DNA of 41,513 nt from Pseudomonadota bacterium (GTDB lineage Bacteria > Pseudomonadota > Gammaproteobacteria > Xanthomonadales > Xanthomonadaceae), in contig JAUNTK010000002.1 in assembly GCA_030538735.1 (NCBI GenBank), positions 1 through 41,513 on the forward strand, written 5' to 3'. Under the pieces are notes generated by a model. It had not been told where the DNA came from. It was given only the letters and a program-made list of their open reading frames with translations, and made no database searches. Every line of letters begins with the position of its first letter. Position 1 is the first letter of the stretch. The position numbers and the translations under genes are program-made. Shown one piece after another: positions 28,246 to 40,885 of this stretch.

Positions 28246-29949
28246 TCAGAGCCAGAGCACGGCCCAGATCAACGGCATGCTGAGCCAGTACGGCGGCTTG
28301 CGCGGCACATCAAACTGCTGCGGTGTACTCCATGGGCCGGTTGCGCCATCGCCATCCACCCAAGCGATGCGCACGTGGTAGCGGCCGGGTTTTGGCCGGT
28401 CGATGTCGGCCTTGGGGACATCGGTGGTCGCCGCCTTGAGAATGTCCTTGAACGCCGCATCGCGCGCCATCTGGTAATTCCAGCGTGTGGCAAATGGCTG
28501 CTTGCCCCAGCTGAGCGTGATGCGCCTGCCATCGATTGTCGGCGTCTCCATTGTCGGCCCCGGTGGCAGCACGGTGAAGGCGGCATACGGCCCAAACGGC
28601 CCCAGCTTGCCATCGCTGGTGCGTACCCGTGCGCGCCAGACATGCGCGACCGGCGCAGTTTCTGCTGCCAGCGCAATCACGGTGCGATTGTGTTTGACGC
28701 TTTGCGGCTGCGGCGCTGCCCCAAGTGGTTTGCCATCGGCATCGGCATGATCGATTTCGATCAGATACTCGCGGGCATCATCGCGCGCGGCCCAGCGGAA
28801 TTCGACATCACCGGCGCTGACCTCGGCATCGGCCTGCGGCTGGATCAGGAACGGCGGTTCCGGCCGGGCCTCGATTTTGACCTGCTTGATCGCATCCAGC
28901 CCTTCGACATGATCGGGGCCAGTAGCGCGCATGCGCAGCCAGTAATCGCCATCGGGGACATCAGGAAACGTCAGGCCCGGCGAGGCCGACTGCGACGAGG
29001 CCACGATGTAATCGAAGCCTTGATCGCGGGCCAGCTCGGCGCGATAGCCTTCAGCACCTGCCACCGTGCTTGATTCAACCCGCAGCGGCAGGGCTTCATA
29101 CAGCGCAGGCACCTCATCGAGCGGCGGTGCGGCCAGCAGGCGGCGGTGTTGTGGGCTGCCGGTGTCGGCGTTGATCGCCGAGCCATCGCCGGCACGCAAC
29201 AACACGTTATGGCGGCCCGTGTTGTCCGCCACATCAACCACACCTTCCATCACGCTGGTCCAGGCGGCGTTGCCCTCGGCCGATGCGCCAACCCGGAAAT
29301 GGGTGCCGCGCACGGAAGTCGTGCCCAGCGGCGTGCCGATTTTCATGTCGCTGCGGCGGATCGTCGAGCCGGGCTGCACTTTGCTCTCCACCCGGCCCTT
29401 GCCGAGATGGATATGGGCGATGAAGCTGGCGCGTGCGCCGACGATTTCCATCGACTCAAGCATCAACTCGGAATCCGGGTACAAGCGGCTGACCGAGTTG
29501 TCCGGGTAGTGGATGGTGACGTGGCCTTCGCTGCCGGACAGCAGTTGGTCGCCGGCCTTGAGTACATCGGTGAGACCGAGCGCGCGCGGGGCGGCCCCGT
29601 TGCGCGCCAGCAGCACCGTGCCGCTCAACGAGCGCACATCGGCCTCGGCTTGTTGCCGGCGGCTCCAACTAAGCGGAATGCGCAGCACCGTGCCGGGCGC
29701 GACCGCGTAGGGATCGCGCACGCCATTGAGCCGTTGCAACGGCTGCACCCAGCGCAGGCTGGTCAGGTTGGCCTCGGTGATCGCCCACAGGTTTTCACCT
29801 TTCCTGACCTTGTATGTCCACTCCGACGCGCTGGCAGTGGGGAGCGCAAACAGGCAGCTGATGAAAAACGCGACAAGCCACCAGCCGTGTTGCTTTGCCG
29901 CCGTATCCGATTGCAGCCTGTACATGCGCAGTGCTGGCGTGATCTTCAT
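28246..29949 (-). CDS. Exported LysM + FecR-like + Fn3/Ig-repeat protein with a C-terminal hydrophobic anchor
   Basis: YKVRKGENLWAI (LysM), TPLGTTSVRGTHFRV...SVMEGVV (FecR), repeated YxxxxARDxxF and YWLRMRA / YHVRIAW beta domains, C-terminal YWLSMPLIWAVLWL. Start uncertain. Confidence 0.82.
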   Translation of the reverse strand: MKITPALRMYRLQSDTAAKQHGWWLVAFFISCLFALPTASASEWTYKVRKGENLWAITEANLTSLRWVQPLQRLNGVRDPYAVAPGTVLRIPLSWSRRQQAEADVRSLSGTVLLARNGAAPRALGLTDVLKAGDQLLSGSEGHVTIHYPDNSVSRLYPDSELMLESMEIVGARASFIAHIHLGKGRVESKVQPGSTIRRSDMKIGTPLGTTSVRGTHFRVGASAEGNAAWTSVMEGVVDVADNTGRHNVLLRAGDGSAINADTGSPQHRRLLAAPPLDEVPALYEALPLRVESSTVAGAEGYRAELARDQGFDYIVASSQSASPGLTFPDVPDGDYWLRMRATGPDHVEGLDAIKQVKIEARPEPPFLIQPQADAEVSAGDVEFRWAARDDAREYLIEIDHADADGKPLGAAPQPQSVKHNRTVIALAAETAPVAHVWRARVRTSDGKLGPFGPYAAFTVLPPGPTMETPTIDGRRITLSWGKQPFATRWNYQMARDAAFKDILKAATTDVPKADIDRPKPGRYHVRIAWVDGDGATGPWSTPQQFDVPRKPPYWLSMPLIWAVLWL

Positions 29950-30110
29950 GGTGCCCCTGTGCCGCTCACATGGAGGCGCTTCCAAATTGCGCCGATGCCT
30001 GTGAGTGTAATCCCCGGCAGGGCAGGATCAAGCCTGAATCCCTGTATTTGTGCGCCATTTGCAGCGACGCGCGGCTGAAATCACGGTTGCAGGCGCATGG
30101 CGTGCCCAAG

Positions 30111-30129
30111 TATACTCCCGGTGAGTATA
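30111..30129. promoter_or_regulatory. CsoR/RcnR/FrmR-type operator
   Basis: TATACTC-CCGGT-GAGTATA palindrome with a GC core (TACT-N7-AGTA), 11 nt upstream of the frmR ATG. Confidence 0.75.
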
Positions 30130-30140
30130 GAGAGCGTGGT

Positions 30141-31590
<1,450 letters not shown>

Positions 31591-31601
31591 TAAACCCGCA
31601 T

Positions 31602-31682
31602 CGTCATCCCGGCGCAGGCCGGGATCTTTTTGACCCGCCGTACTCATGCACCAAATCGGCCTCAGCTTGCGCTGGGGTGACG
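31602..31682. repeat. Inverted pair of CGTC-tagged REP-like palindromes
   Basis: CGTCATCCCGGCGCAGGCCGGGATC (31602-31626, +) and CGTCACCCCAGCGCAAGCTGAGGCC (31682-31658, -). Confidence 0.72.
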
Positions 31683-31714
31683 CAACAAACCAGACATCCG
31701 CCCGCGAGCCCATC

Positions 31715-32548
31715 ATGAACAAACTCGAAGACCACGCCAGTTTTGGCGGCCGCCAGCAAGTCTGGGAACACGATTCCAGCTCGCTGGGTCTGACCGCCCG
31801 TTTCGCCATCTATCTGCCGCCGCAGGCAAAAAGCGGCAAATGCCCGGTGCTGTACTGGCTCTCCGGGCTGACTTGCAACGAGCAAAACTTCATCACCAAG
31901 GCCGGCGCGCAGCAATATGCCGCCCAGCACGGGGTGATCGTGGTGGCGCCGGATACCAGTCCGCGCGGCGATGCGGTGGCCGATGATGATGCCTACGATC
32001 TGGGCAAGGGCGCGGGCTTCTACGTCAACGCCACCCAAGCCCCGTGGGCGCGGCATTACCGCATGTATGACTACATCGTGTATGAGCTGCCGGCGTTGAT
32101 CGAAAACCACTTCCCGGCCAACGAGCGGCGCGGCATCTTTGGCCATTCGATGGGCGGGCATGGCGCTTTGGTGATCGCGCTGCGCAACCCCGGCATGTAT
32201 CGCAGTGTGTCGGCGTTCGCCCCGATTGTGGCCCCTTCGCAGGTGACCTGGGGCGAGAAGGTGTTTTCAGCGTATCTGGGCGATGACCGAACAACGTGGC
32301 TGGCGTATGACGCCACGGCGTTGGTGGCCGGTGAGTTGCAGGAGCGGCTGCCGATCTTGATCGATCAGGGCAGCGATGATGATTTTCTCGCCAGCCAGCT
32401 CAAGCCGGAATTGTTGCAAGCCGCTGCCGAGGCCAGACAACACCCGCTGGTGTTTAACCTGCGCCCCGGTTACGACCACAGCTATTACTTCATCGCCAGC
32501 TTCATCGGCGAGCATTTCGCCCATCACGCCCGCGCCTTGCAGGCTTGA
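31715..32548 (+). CDS. fghA: S-formylglutathione hydrolase
   Basis: WLSGLTC, DTSPRG, GAGFY, GHSMGGHG, GYDHSYYFI. Start reassigned to MNKLE because the upstream extension runs through the REP. Confidence 0.96.
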   Translation: MNKLEDHASFGGRQQVWEHDSSSLGLTARFAIYLPPQAKSGKCPVLYWLSGLTCNEQNFITKAGAQQYAAQHGVIVVAPDTSPRGDAVADDDAYDLGKGAGFYVNATQAPWARHYRMYDYIVYELPALIENHFPANERRGIFGHSMGGHGALVIALRNPGMYRSVSAFAPIVAPSQVTWGEKVFSAYLGDDRTTWLAYDATALVAGELQERLPILIDQGSDDDFLASQLKPELLQAAAEARQHPLVFNLRPGYDHSYYFIASFIGEHFAHHARALQA

Positions 32549-32796
32549 CAAGGCGGTGGGCGGCATGGGTTTGCCGTCTGCCTGCCACAGCATGGCGAGT
32601 TGTTGACCGGCTTTTGTCATCCTGTCGCTTGGGTGGCAGACAGGCGGCGTATCGGTTGCGGTTTGCAGGGTGATTCGCCGATCAGGGCGAAACATCACGG
32701 CTCATTCGCAATCCGGCCCGGTTATCTGGCCGTATCGAAGCGGCGCGGGCGGATTTCCGTGCCGGTCGTCATCCGCCCGCATCGTGCAGATGAAAC

Positions 32797-33138
32797 TCAG
32801 GCCGCGCGTACATCACGCAGTTGCCAGTGGTTGCCGGCCAACAGGCGCAGGCGGTGCTTGAGTACGTCGCCGCCGATATCGGTAACGGCTTCCAGATCGA
32901 TATGCAGGTCGTCCAATTTGCCGCTGACTTCGGCGGCCGGGTCGGTGGCGGCCAGCTTGGGATCGACATCCTCCGGGTCGTGCTGGGTGGCCAGCCATTT
33001 TTTGAACAAGCCATCGCCGCGCAGGGCGGCCTGCAGTTCTTCGGCAAAGCCGTCGGCACCGTGCGAGGTGAAGCCAAGGCCGTCCGCGCCGCGCGCCTGT
33101 TCCGGTTCCGGCAGGCTGATGAAATAGCGATTGCGCAT
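32797..33138 (-). CDS. Hypothetical protein, 113 aa
   Basis: RBS AGGAGG upstream, protein-like composition, co-oriented with the upstream amidohydrolases. No motif recognised. Confidence 0.75.
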   Translation of the reverse strand: MRNRYFISLPEPEQARGADGLGFTSHGADGFAEELQAALRGDGLFKKWLATQHDPEDVDPKLAATDPAAEVSGKLDDLHIDLEAVTDIGGDVLKHRLRLLAGNHWQLRDVRAA

Positions 33139-33277
33139 GGGGTGATCCTCCTGAAGTTGCGCTCAGGATACGGCGATTGCGCATTTACCGCGAGTGATGC
33201 AGGTGGCATCCACCAAAACGCCGATGCGCATGAGTGCCCCGTTGCGATAAGCAGGGTTTCCGCCATCAAGGGGGGCG

Positions 33278-33306
33278 AAAAACGCCGGCGTCTACCTGAC
33301 GCCGGC
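33278..33306 (-). terminator. Rho-independent terminator after the amidohydrolase pair
   Basis: Minus strand GCCGGCGTC-AGGTA-GACGCCGGC-GTTTTT. Confidence 0.8.
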
Positions 33307-33319
33307 CCGTTTCGCTCTC

Positions 33320-34599
33320 TCAGCGCACGTAGGCGGGCGGCAGCGCTGATTCGCGGCTGTGCAGATAGCGGTCACGCAGCTCGGTTTGGCGCGATTTCAT
33401 CGGCACGGCGCGGCCATCCATCCAGACCTGGGTGGCGGTTTGCGCCACGTCCAGCGGGTCGCCGCTCCACAACGCCAGGTCGGCACGGCGCCCGGGGGCG
33501 ATGCTGCCAAGTTCGTTTTGCAGGCCAAACGCCTGCGCGGGAACGCGGGTCAGCGCGGCCAGTGCATCTTCCCACGGCAGGCCTTGGGCGACGGCATTGC
33601 CGGCCAGTTGGCGCACCTTGCGTGCCGAATGCGAGGCATCGCCGGTCTGTGAGAAGGCGACATCGACACCGGCGGCGCGTAGCCGGGCGGCGTTATCGCC
33701 AGTCGCGGCGATCTGGTCGAAATCGGCCGGCAAATTGGCCAGTTGATCGATGAACACCGGCACCTTGGCGGCAGCGATTTCTGGCGCCACCTTCCATGCC
33801 TCGCTGGCACCAACCAAGGCGATGCGCACATTGCGCGCCTTGGCCCAGCGCAGTGCGCGACGGATATCGCTGGCGCGATGCACATTGAGCGCGATGCGGC
33901 CATCGCCATTGAAATAGCGCGCCAAGGTGCTGCGCCCGGCCGGGGTCAGCAGGGCGAATTGCGAATCGGGCGCGATCCGGCCGCGCACTTCATCCAGCAG
34001 CTGGTCGAGGATCATCCACTGCGCCGCGCGCGAGCCCCCCGTGTAGCCGGCACCGGCCGCGCCCAAGGTGATGAACAACACGCGCTGGCCGATCGGGTCG
34101 AGGCTGCCATCAAAACGCAGCGCGCCGCCCTGGCCGCCGATGAAGGAGCCGCCCGAGGTTGGGTTGGCCGAGACCATCGTCCAGCCGAAGCCTTCGATGC
34201 GGGTGACCGGGATCACCACCGATTCCGGGTTGTAGGCGAGAGTGACATCAAACTCCGGGCGCACCTGCATGTCCTTGCCGTTTTGGCCCAGTGAGACATG
34301 GCTATCGACGGTGCGCGATTCGCCGCTGACTTCTTCCACGCCGATATCGCTGATGCCGGCAAACAGCGCCGGGGTCAGTGGCCGGCCTTCGGCTTCGATC
34401 ACCGGCACACCAGCGGCGGCAAGGCCGCGCCCGACCGCGCTGATCCGGCCATTGCGCACCAGCACATCGGCGTTTTGCAGCGTGCCCTGTGTGCTTGCGG
34501 TATGCACGGTGGCGTTACGGATCAAGACATCCTGCGCCTGCAACGAGGCCGGCAGCGCGGCGAGGATGGCAAGGGTGAGAGCGGATTGGATGGCGCGCT

Positions 34600-34603
<4 letters not shown>
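33320..34603 (-). CDS. Exported amidohydrolase-fold protein lacking the canonical metal ligands
   Basis: Signal peptide; VLIRNATV...DVLVRNGRI; GSIAPGRRADLALWSGDP. The HxH position reads FAGISD. Confidence 0.85.
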
Positions 34604-35994
<1,391 letters not shown>

Positions 35995-36136
35995 GTATGG
36001 CTCCCCGGTGGAAGATGGAGCCTAGCGGATTTTGACGATGGCCGGATGTGTCGTTGGTCGGGGGGGCGGGGCCGCCGTGTGCTGAAGGCCAGCGGCTTCG
36101 TTGCCGAGTTGGAACGAAGTCGCTGGCGCGCTCCGC

Positions 36137-37060
36137 TCAATAGCGCCCGATGGCCGCATCCAGATCCGCCCACGCATCAATCCCGCCGGCCACGTTGTAG
36201 ACCTCGCGGAAGCCGTGCTGGCGGTAATGCTCGGCGGCCTGCGCGCTGCGCCCGCCGTGGTGGCAGAGGAAGGCGATGGCTGTGGCCTTGTCCAAGGCAT
36301 CAATCACCTCGCGGCCGGCATCGAAATCGAGGAAGGCAACGGGCGCGGCGGCCAGTGCGCGCTCGGTGGCGGGGCGCACATCGATCAAGGTCAGGCTGCC
36401 GGCGGCGACACGCTGGGCGGCTTCGGCCGGGCTGATATCGCGCACCGGCTTGGGCGCGTTCGGGTTGTCGATCACCAGGCCTTTGCCGCGTGCGTCATCG
36501 GCAAAATTCAGATGCAGGCCATCGGCGCGGCGCACATCGCTGAGCGGAAATTGCAGGGTAAGGCCATCGACCGCGACCTGCACCGCGTTGGCATCGACCG
36601 GCACCAGATGCAGGCGGGTGCGGTATTGGCGGTCGATGGCGATCTCCACCGCCAGTTCATCACCGGCATCGCTGATCGCCTGCTTGAGCATGGCGAACGC
36701 GGCCGGGCTGACCGTCACCTCGGGCGGGGTGCGATCCGGCGGCGGCAGCCCAAGCGCCTGCTGCAACTCGCCACTGCCGGCCATCTGCACGATGATGTCG
36801 CTGCCGCCGAGGAGTTCGCCATCGATATACAGCTGCGGAATCGTCGGCCAATCGCCGTACAGTTTGATGCCTTCGCGGATTGCCGGGTCGCTCAACACAT
36901 CGACATGGGTGAAGGCGACATCCAGATCACGCAAGGTGCCGACGGCCTGCGAGGAAAAGCCGCATTGCGGTGCCCCGGGCTCGCCTTTCATGAACAGCAC
37001 GACACGGTTGGCAGCCAGCAAATCGCTGATGCGTTGGCGCACGGCGGGATCAAGGGACAT
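36137..37060 (-). CDS. grxD: Monothiol glutaredoxin (CGFS) fused to an A-type-carrier-like middle domain and a rhodanese domain
   Basis: FMKG..PQCGFS, WPTIPQLY, GGSDI; middle VTVSPAA...LVIDNPN; rhodanese LIDVR...CHHGGRS...VAGGIDAW. Confidence 0.9.
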   Translation of the reverse strand: MSLDPAVRQRISDLLAANRVVLFMKGEPGAPQCGFSSQAVGTLRDLDVAFTHVDVLSDPAIREGIKLYGDWPTIPQLYIDGELLGGSDIIVQMAGSGELQQALGLPPPDRTPPEVTVSPAAFAMLKQAISDAGDELAVEIAIDRQYRTRLHLVPVDANAVQVAVDGLTLQFPLSDVRRADGLHLNFADDARGKGLVIDNPNAPKPVRDISPAEAAQRVAAGSLTLIDVRPATERALAAAPVAFLDFDAGREVIDALDKATAIAFLCHHGGRSAQAAEHYRQHGFREVYNVAGGIDAWADLDAAIGRY

Positions 37061-37146
37061 GGCAAAAACCTCCGAGGGAATAGGCTGATTTTACCGCGTG
37101 TGCCCGATGCGGCGGCGGTGGCAAACGGGCGTGGCATGATGGCGCG

Positions 37147-37917
37147 ATGTCCAGATCGCCCCTGCAACAACCGCCGACGCATCCGCACCGCTGGCTGGTT
37201 TGGTTCATCGCCAGCCAGTGCGCGGTCGCACTGGTTTGGTGGTGGCTGGGTTGGCGTATCGGCCTGCCGTTGTTGGTGGCCAGCCATGTGCCGTTCTTGT
37301 GGGGCGTGCTGTGGCCGTATTCGCGCTTCTATGGCCCGGTGTTGACCCGCCTACCCGGTGATGCGCCCGAGGTATGGCTGACCATCGACGATGGCCCATC
37401 CGCTGACACCTTGCCGATGCTCGATTTGCTTGATCAGCACGGCGCGCGGGCGACGTTTTTTCTAGTTGCGCAACGCGCCGCGGAGCGCCCGGAGCTGGTG
37501 CGCGAGATCGTCCGGCGCGGTCATGAAATCGGCAATCACAGCGATAGCCACCCGGAAAAATGGTTCTGGGCGCTGGGGCCGCAGGCGATGCGCCGGCAGA
37601 TTCTGGATGCGCAGGCGCGCCTCACCGCGCTTGCCGGTGCGCCCCCGCGTTGGTTTCGGGCGGTGGTGGGGATGGCCAACCCGTTTGTGCAGGCCCCCTT
37701 GCGCGATGCCGGGCTGACCCGCGTGGCATGGAATGCGCGCGGCTTTGATGGCCTTGATCGGCCGGTTGAAGACGTTATGCGCGCATTGCAAGCCGGCCTG
37801 AAACCGGCGGCCATCGTGCTGCTGCACGAAGGCGGCGATGGCCGCCATATCGAGATACTGCGCCGGGTGCTGGCGTTGCTGGAAGCACGTGGGTTGCGGG
37901 CGGTGTTGCCGCCGTGA
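37147..37917 (+). CDS. Polysaccharide deacetylase (NodB/CE4) with N-terminal TM segments
   Basis: LTIDDGP, ATFF, EIGNHSDSH, IVLLHE. Confidence 0.9.
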   Translation: MSRSPLQQPPTHPHRWLVWFIASQCAVALVWWWLGWRIGLPLLVASHVPFLWGVLWPYSRFYGPVLTRLPGDAPEVWLTIDDGPSADTLPMLDLLDQHGARATFFLVAQRAAERPELVREIVRRGHEIGNHSDSHPEKWFWALGPQAMRRQILDAQARLTALAGAPPRWFRAVVGMANPFVQAPLRDAGLTRVAWNARGFDGLDRPVEDVMRALQAGLKPAAIVLLHEGGDGRHIEILRRVLALLEARGLRAVLPP

Positions 37918-38033
37918 TGGTGGCTGGTGGTGGGCTATAAAACGCGGGTGTGATGGCGTTTTTCGCTGCGGCAGCAAGATTTCGCTCTGGCTCTCATCTC
38001 CCGCGGGTCAGCGATGTGCTTGGCTACTTTTGG

Positions 38034-38071
38034 CTCCCCTCTCCCTCAGGGAGAGGGGCTGGGGGTGAGGG
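38034..38071. repeat. BoxC-like intergenic palindrome
   Basis: CCCCTCTCCC-TCA-GGGAGAGGGG followed by CTGGGGGTGAGGG, between convergent genes. Confidence 0.6.
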
Positions 38072-38167
38072 CGAACGCAGCAACTGCGTGAATCCCCGTT
38101 TCCCGCGTTCAAACCCAAGGCCCGCCCGCATCAAGCCCGCCAACACAGGCAACGCCAGATCGCGTCC

Positions 38168-38854
38168 CTATGCCGTAGAACCCGCCCCACGGCTGGCCAC
38201 AATCAACCAATTGTTGAACGGGGTCTTGCCGTAGAACGGGGTGAGCTCAACCAGCAGGCCGTGTTCGGCAAATTTGCGTTGCAGCCGGTCCAGCTCGGGG
38301 TAGTGGCGTGGCGCATCGCGCATCCAGCCCCAAAGTTTGGACAGGCGATCCACCGCGACGGTAATGCGTGCGCGCAGGCTGCCATCGTTCAGGCCGGTGC
38401 GGATGATGAGTTTGCCGCCGGGGGCGAGGCGGGCGATCATCGCATCGAGCAATACATCTTGCGCATCGGCATCGGGCAGGAATTGCATCACATCAAGAAT
38501 GCAGACATGGCCGCTATGCGCGGGCAGGCCGCGTGCGGCATCGCCGACTTCAAACGCGGCATCACGCAAGCCGCTGCGGGCCAGTGCGCCATTGGCCTGT
38601 TGGATCTTGCGCGCATCGAAATCGGTGCCGAAATACGCTGATTCGATGCCTGCAGCGCGCAGCCAGTGCAACAGGATGCCGATGCCGCAGCCGATATCCA
38701 GAACCGGCAGAGAGCTACCGGCCAAGGCGCGGGTGACGCCGCCGTAGAGTGGGTCGGTCGCCAGTTTGCTCTTGGCGTAGTAATAGTGCTGGCGATCAAA
38801 GCGGCGCGTCGGGTCGAGAAAAACGCGGGCGATATCGCCGCTGCTGCGCTTCAT
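38168..38854 (-). CDS. Class I SAM-dependent methyltransferase
   Basis: VLDIGCGIG motif I, GTDFD, LAPGGKLII. Confidence 0.9.
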   Translation of the reverse strand: MKRSSGDIARVFLDPTRRFDRQHYYYAKSKLATDPLYGGVTRALAGSSLPVLDIGCGIGILLHWLRAAGIESAYFGTDFDARKIQQANGALARSGLRDAAFEVGDAARGLPAHSGHVCILDVMQFLPDADAQDVLLDAMIARLAPGGKLIIRTGLNDGSLRARITVAVDRLSKLWGWMRDAPRHYPELDRLQRKFAEHGLLVELTPFYGKTPFNNWLIVASRGAGSTA

Positions 38855-39477
38855 GCGGCGTGGGCTTCAAGTTGCCGGCGTGCGGTCGGCAAGGCCAGCC
38901 GCGTCCATTCGGCGTATTGGGTGGCGGAGGGATGCAGGCCGTCATCGGTCAACATGCCAGCTTGCGGCGTGCACGCACGGCTGGCCGTGCTGATATCGAC
39001 AAAGCCCACGCCCTGTGCCGCGCACATGGTGGCGATATGGCGGTTGTAGGCATCCAGCTCGTGGCTGACCTGCGCGGCATCGCGGCCCTCTTTTTGCGCA
39101 TACGGGGTGCCGCCCCAATCGGGGATTGAAAGCACCATCACGCCAGCCGCGCCGCGCTTGGATAGCAGCTCGGCGCGGTGCAGCAGGGCATCGAACCCGG
39201 TGGCGAATTCGGGCAGGGCGCGATGCCGGTATTGGTCGTTGACGCCGATCAAAAGCGTGACGAAATCCCAGCTGGCATCGGTCAAGGCGGCATCGTCCAT
39301 CGCGTGCGCCAGCTCATCGGTGGCCCACGCGGTGGTGGCGATGATGCGCGGGTCTTGCAGCGGTATTCGCAATTGGCGCAGCGCAGCGGCCAGTTGCAGC
39401 GGCCAGCGGCGGTCTTCGGCCACGCCTTCGCCGATGGTGTAGCTATCGCCAAGTGCCAGATAGGTGAGTGTGGTCAT
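38851..39477 (-). CDS. SGNH/GDSL hydrolase
   Basis: LALGDSYT, LIGVND, DGLHP. Start reassigned to MTTLTY (39477). Confidence 0.92.
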   Translation of the reverse strand: MTTLTYLALGDSYTIGEGVAEDRRWPLQLAAALRQLRIPLQDPRIIATTAWATDELAHAMDDAALTDASWDFVTLLIGVNDQYRHRALPEFATGFDALLHRAELLSKRGAAGVMVLSIPDWGGTPYAQKEGRDAAQVSHELDAYNRHIATMCAAQGVGFVDISTASRACTPQAGMLTDDGLHPSATQYAEWTRLALPTARRQLEAHAA

Positions 39478-39523
39478 TGCGGGGCTCCTAGCAGGTTGCC
39501 AGCATGGATAACACGGGCGGGTG

Positions 39524-40747
39524 TCAGCCGTTCGCGCGCCGGGCCAAGACGCGGTCGATACGGGTGAATACATCGCGCAGCACATCGGCCTCGGGCAGCA
39601 GGGTGACGCGGAGGTGATCGCGATACGGCACGTTGAAGCTGGAACCGGGCACGATCAGCACGTTCTCGGTTTCCAGCAATTCCAGCGCAAACTGGTGATC
39701 GTCAAAGCCGTGCGCGGCATCGCCCACCACCTGCGGGAAGCCGTATAGCGCGCCGGTTGGGGCCACCAATTGCAGGTGCGGGCTGGCCGCGCAGCATTCG
39801 ATCAGGGCGCGGCGGGTTTCGTACAGGCGGCCGCCGGGCGCGGTCAGCGTGCTGATGGTATCGGCCCCATGCAGCGCGGCATGGATTGCGAATTGGCCCG
39901 GCACATTAGCGCATAGGCGCAGCGCGCCAAGCAGATCAAGCGCATGGTGATACGGCGCGATCACGTTGGCATCGCCCGACAACACGCCCCAGCCGACCCG
40001 CCAGCCGCAGGCGCGATGCACCTTGGAGAGGCCGCCAAACGACAGGCAGGGCAGGTCGCCGGCCAGCGGTGCCAACGGCTGGAATTGGGCGCCGTCGTAC
40101 AGGATGTGGTCGTAGATTTCGTCGGCCATCAGCAGCAGCCGGTACTTGCGGGCGATGGCGACGATGCGCTCCAGCAATTCGCGCGGGTAGCTGGCCCCGG
40201 TCGGGTTGTTGGGGTTGATCAGCACCAGTGCGCGGGTGCGGCTGGATACTAGTTTTTCGATTTCTTCCGGGTCGGGCAGGAAGCCGTTTTCCGGCCGGCA
40301 CTGGTAATACACCGGGCGGCCATCGTTGAGGATGGTGGCCGCCGACCACAGCGGATAATCGGGCGAAGGCAGCAGCACTTCATCGCCGGGATTAAGCAGG
40401 GCGCGCAGGGCGATATCGATCAACTCGCTGACGCCATTGCCGATAAACACCCGCTCCGGCAGTGCATCCGGCGTGCCGCGCTGGCGATGGAAATCGGCGA
40501 TTGCCGCACGCGCTTCAGGCAAGCCCTGCTGGTGGGTATAGGGGTCGGTATCGTGGATGTGATCGGTGATCGCGCGCTGCAGATGCTCGGGCGCACGGAA
40601 GCCAAACGCGCCGGGGTTGCCGATATTGAGCTTGATCAGCATGCGGCCCTGGCCTTCCAACTCGCGTGCGCGGCGCGCCAGATCACCACGGATTTCATAA
40701 CGGACTTCGGTCAGGCGGTTGCGGGTGGCGAGTGCGGGCGTGGACAT
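39524..40747 (-). CDS. alaA: PLP-dependent aminotransferase class I/II (AlaA/YfbQ type)
   Basis: VRYEIRG, KLNIGNP, GNGVSELI, INPNNPTG, DEIY, GLSKVHRACGWRVGW. Confidence 0.9.
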   Translation of the reverse strand: MSTPALATRNRLTEVRYEIRGDLARRARELEGQGRMLIKLNIGNPGAFGFRAPEHLQRAITDHIHDTDPYTHQQGLPEARAAIADFHRQRGTPDALPERVFIGNGVSELIDIALRALLNPGDEVLLPSPDYPLWSAATILNDGRPVYYQCRPENGFLPDPEEIEKLVSSRTRALVLINPNNPTGASYPRELLERIVAIARKYRLLLMADEIYDHILYDGAQFQPLAPLAGDLPCLSFGGLSKVHRACGWRVGWGVLSGDANVIAPYHHALDLLGALRLCANVPGQFAIHAALHGADTISTLTAPGGRLYETRRALIECCAASPHLQLVAPTGALYGFPQVVGDAAHGFDDHQFALELLETENVLIVPGSSFNVPYRDHLRVTLLPEADVLRDVFTRIDRVLARRANG

Positions 40748-40885
40748 GGGGCGTTATCAGCGATGAATGCGCCAGATTATCGGAAAAGCGCGTGGCGAGG
40801 AATCCGCTGAATGACATGCTGGCCGGCCGCCATCATCGGCTAGATCGCCGTAAAATCCGCACATGTCCCTGATCCCCACCCGCGC

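Noticed and set aside
32552-32588. GC-rich imperfect hairpin after fghA as a terminator
   Set aside because: The stem has several mismatches or G-U pairs and no U-tract, so it is too weak to call.
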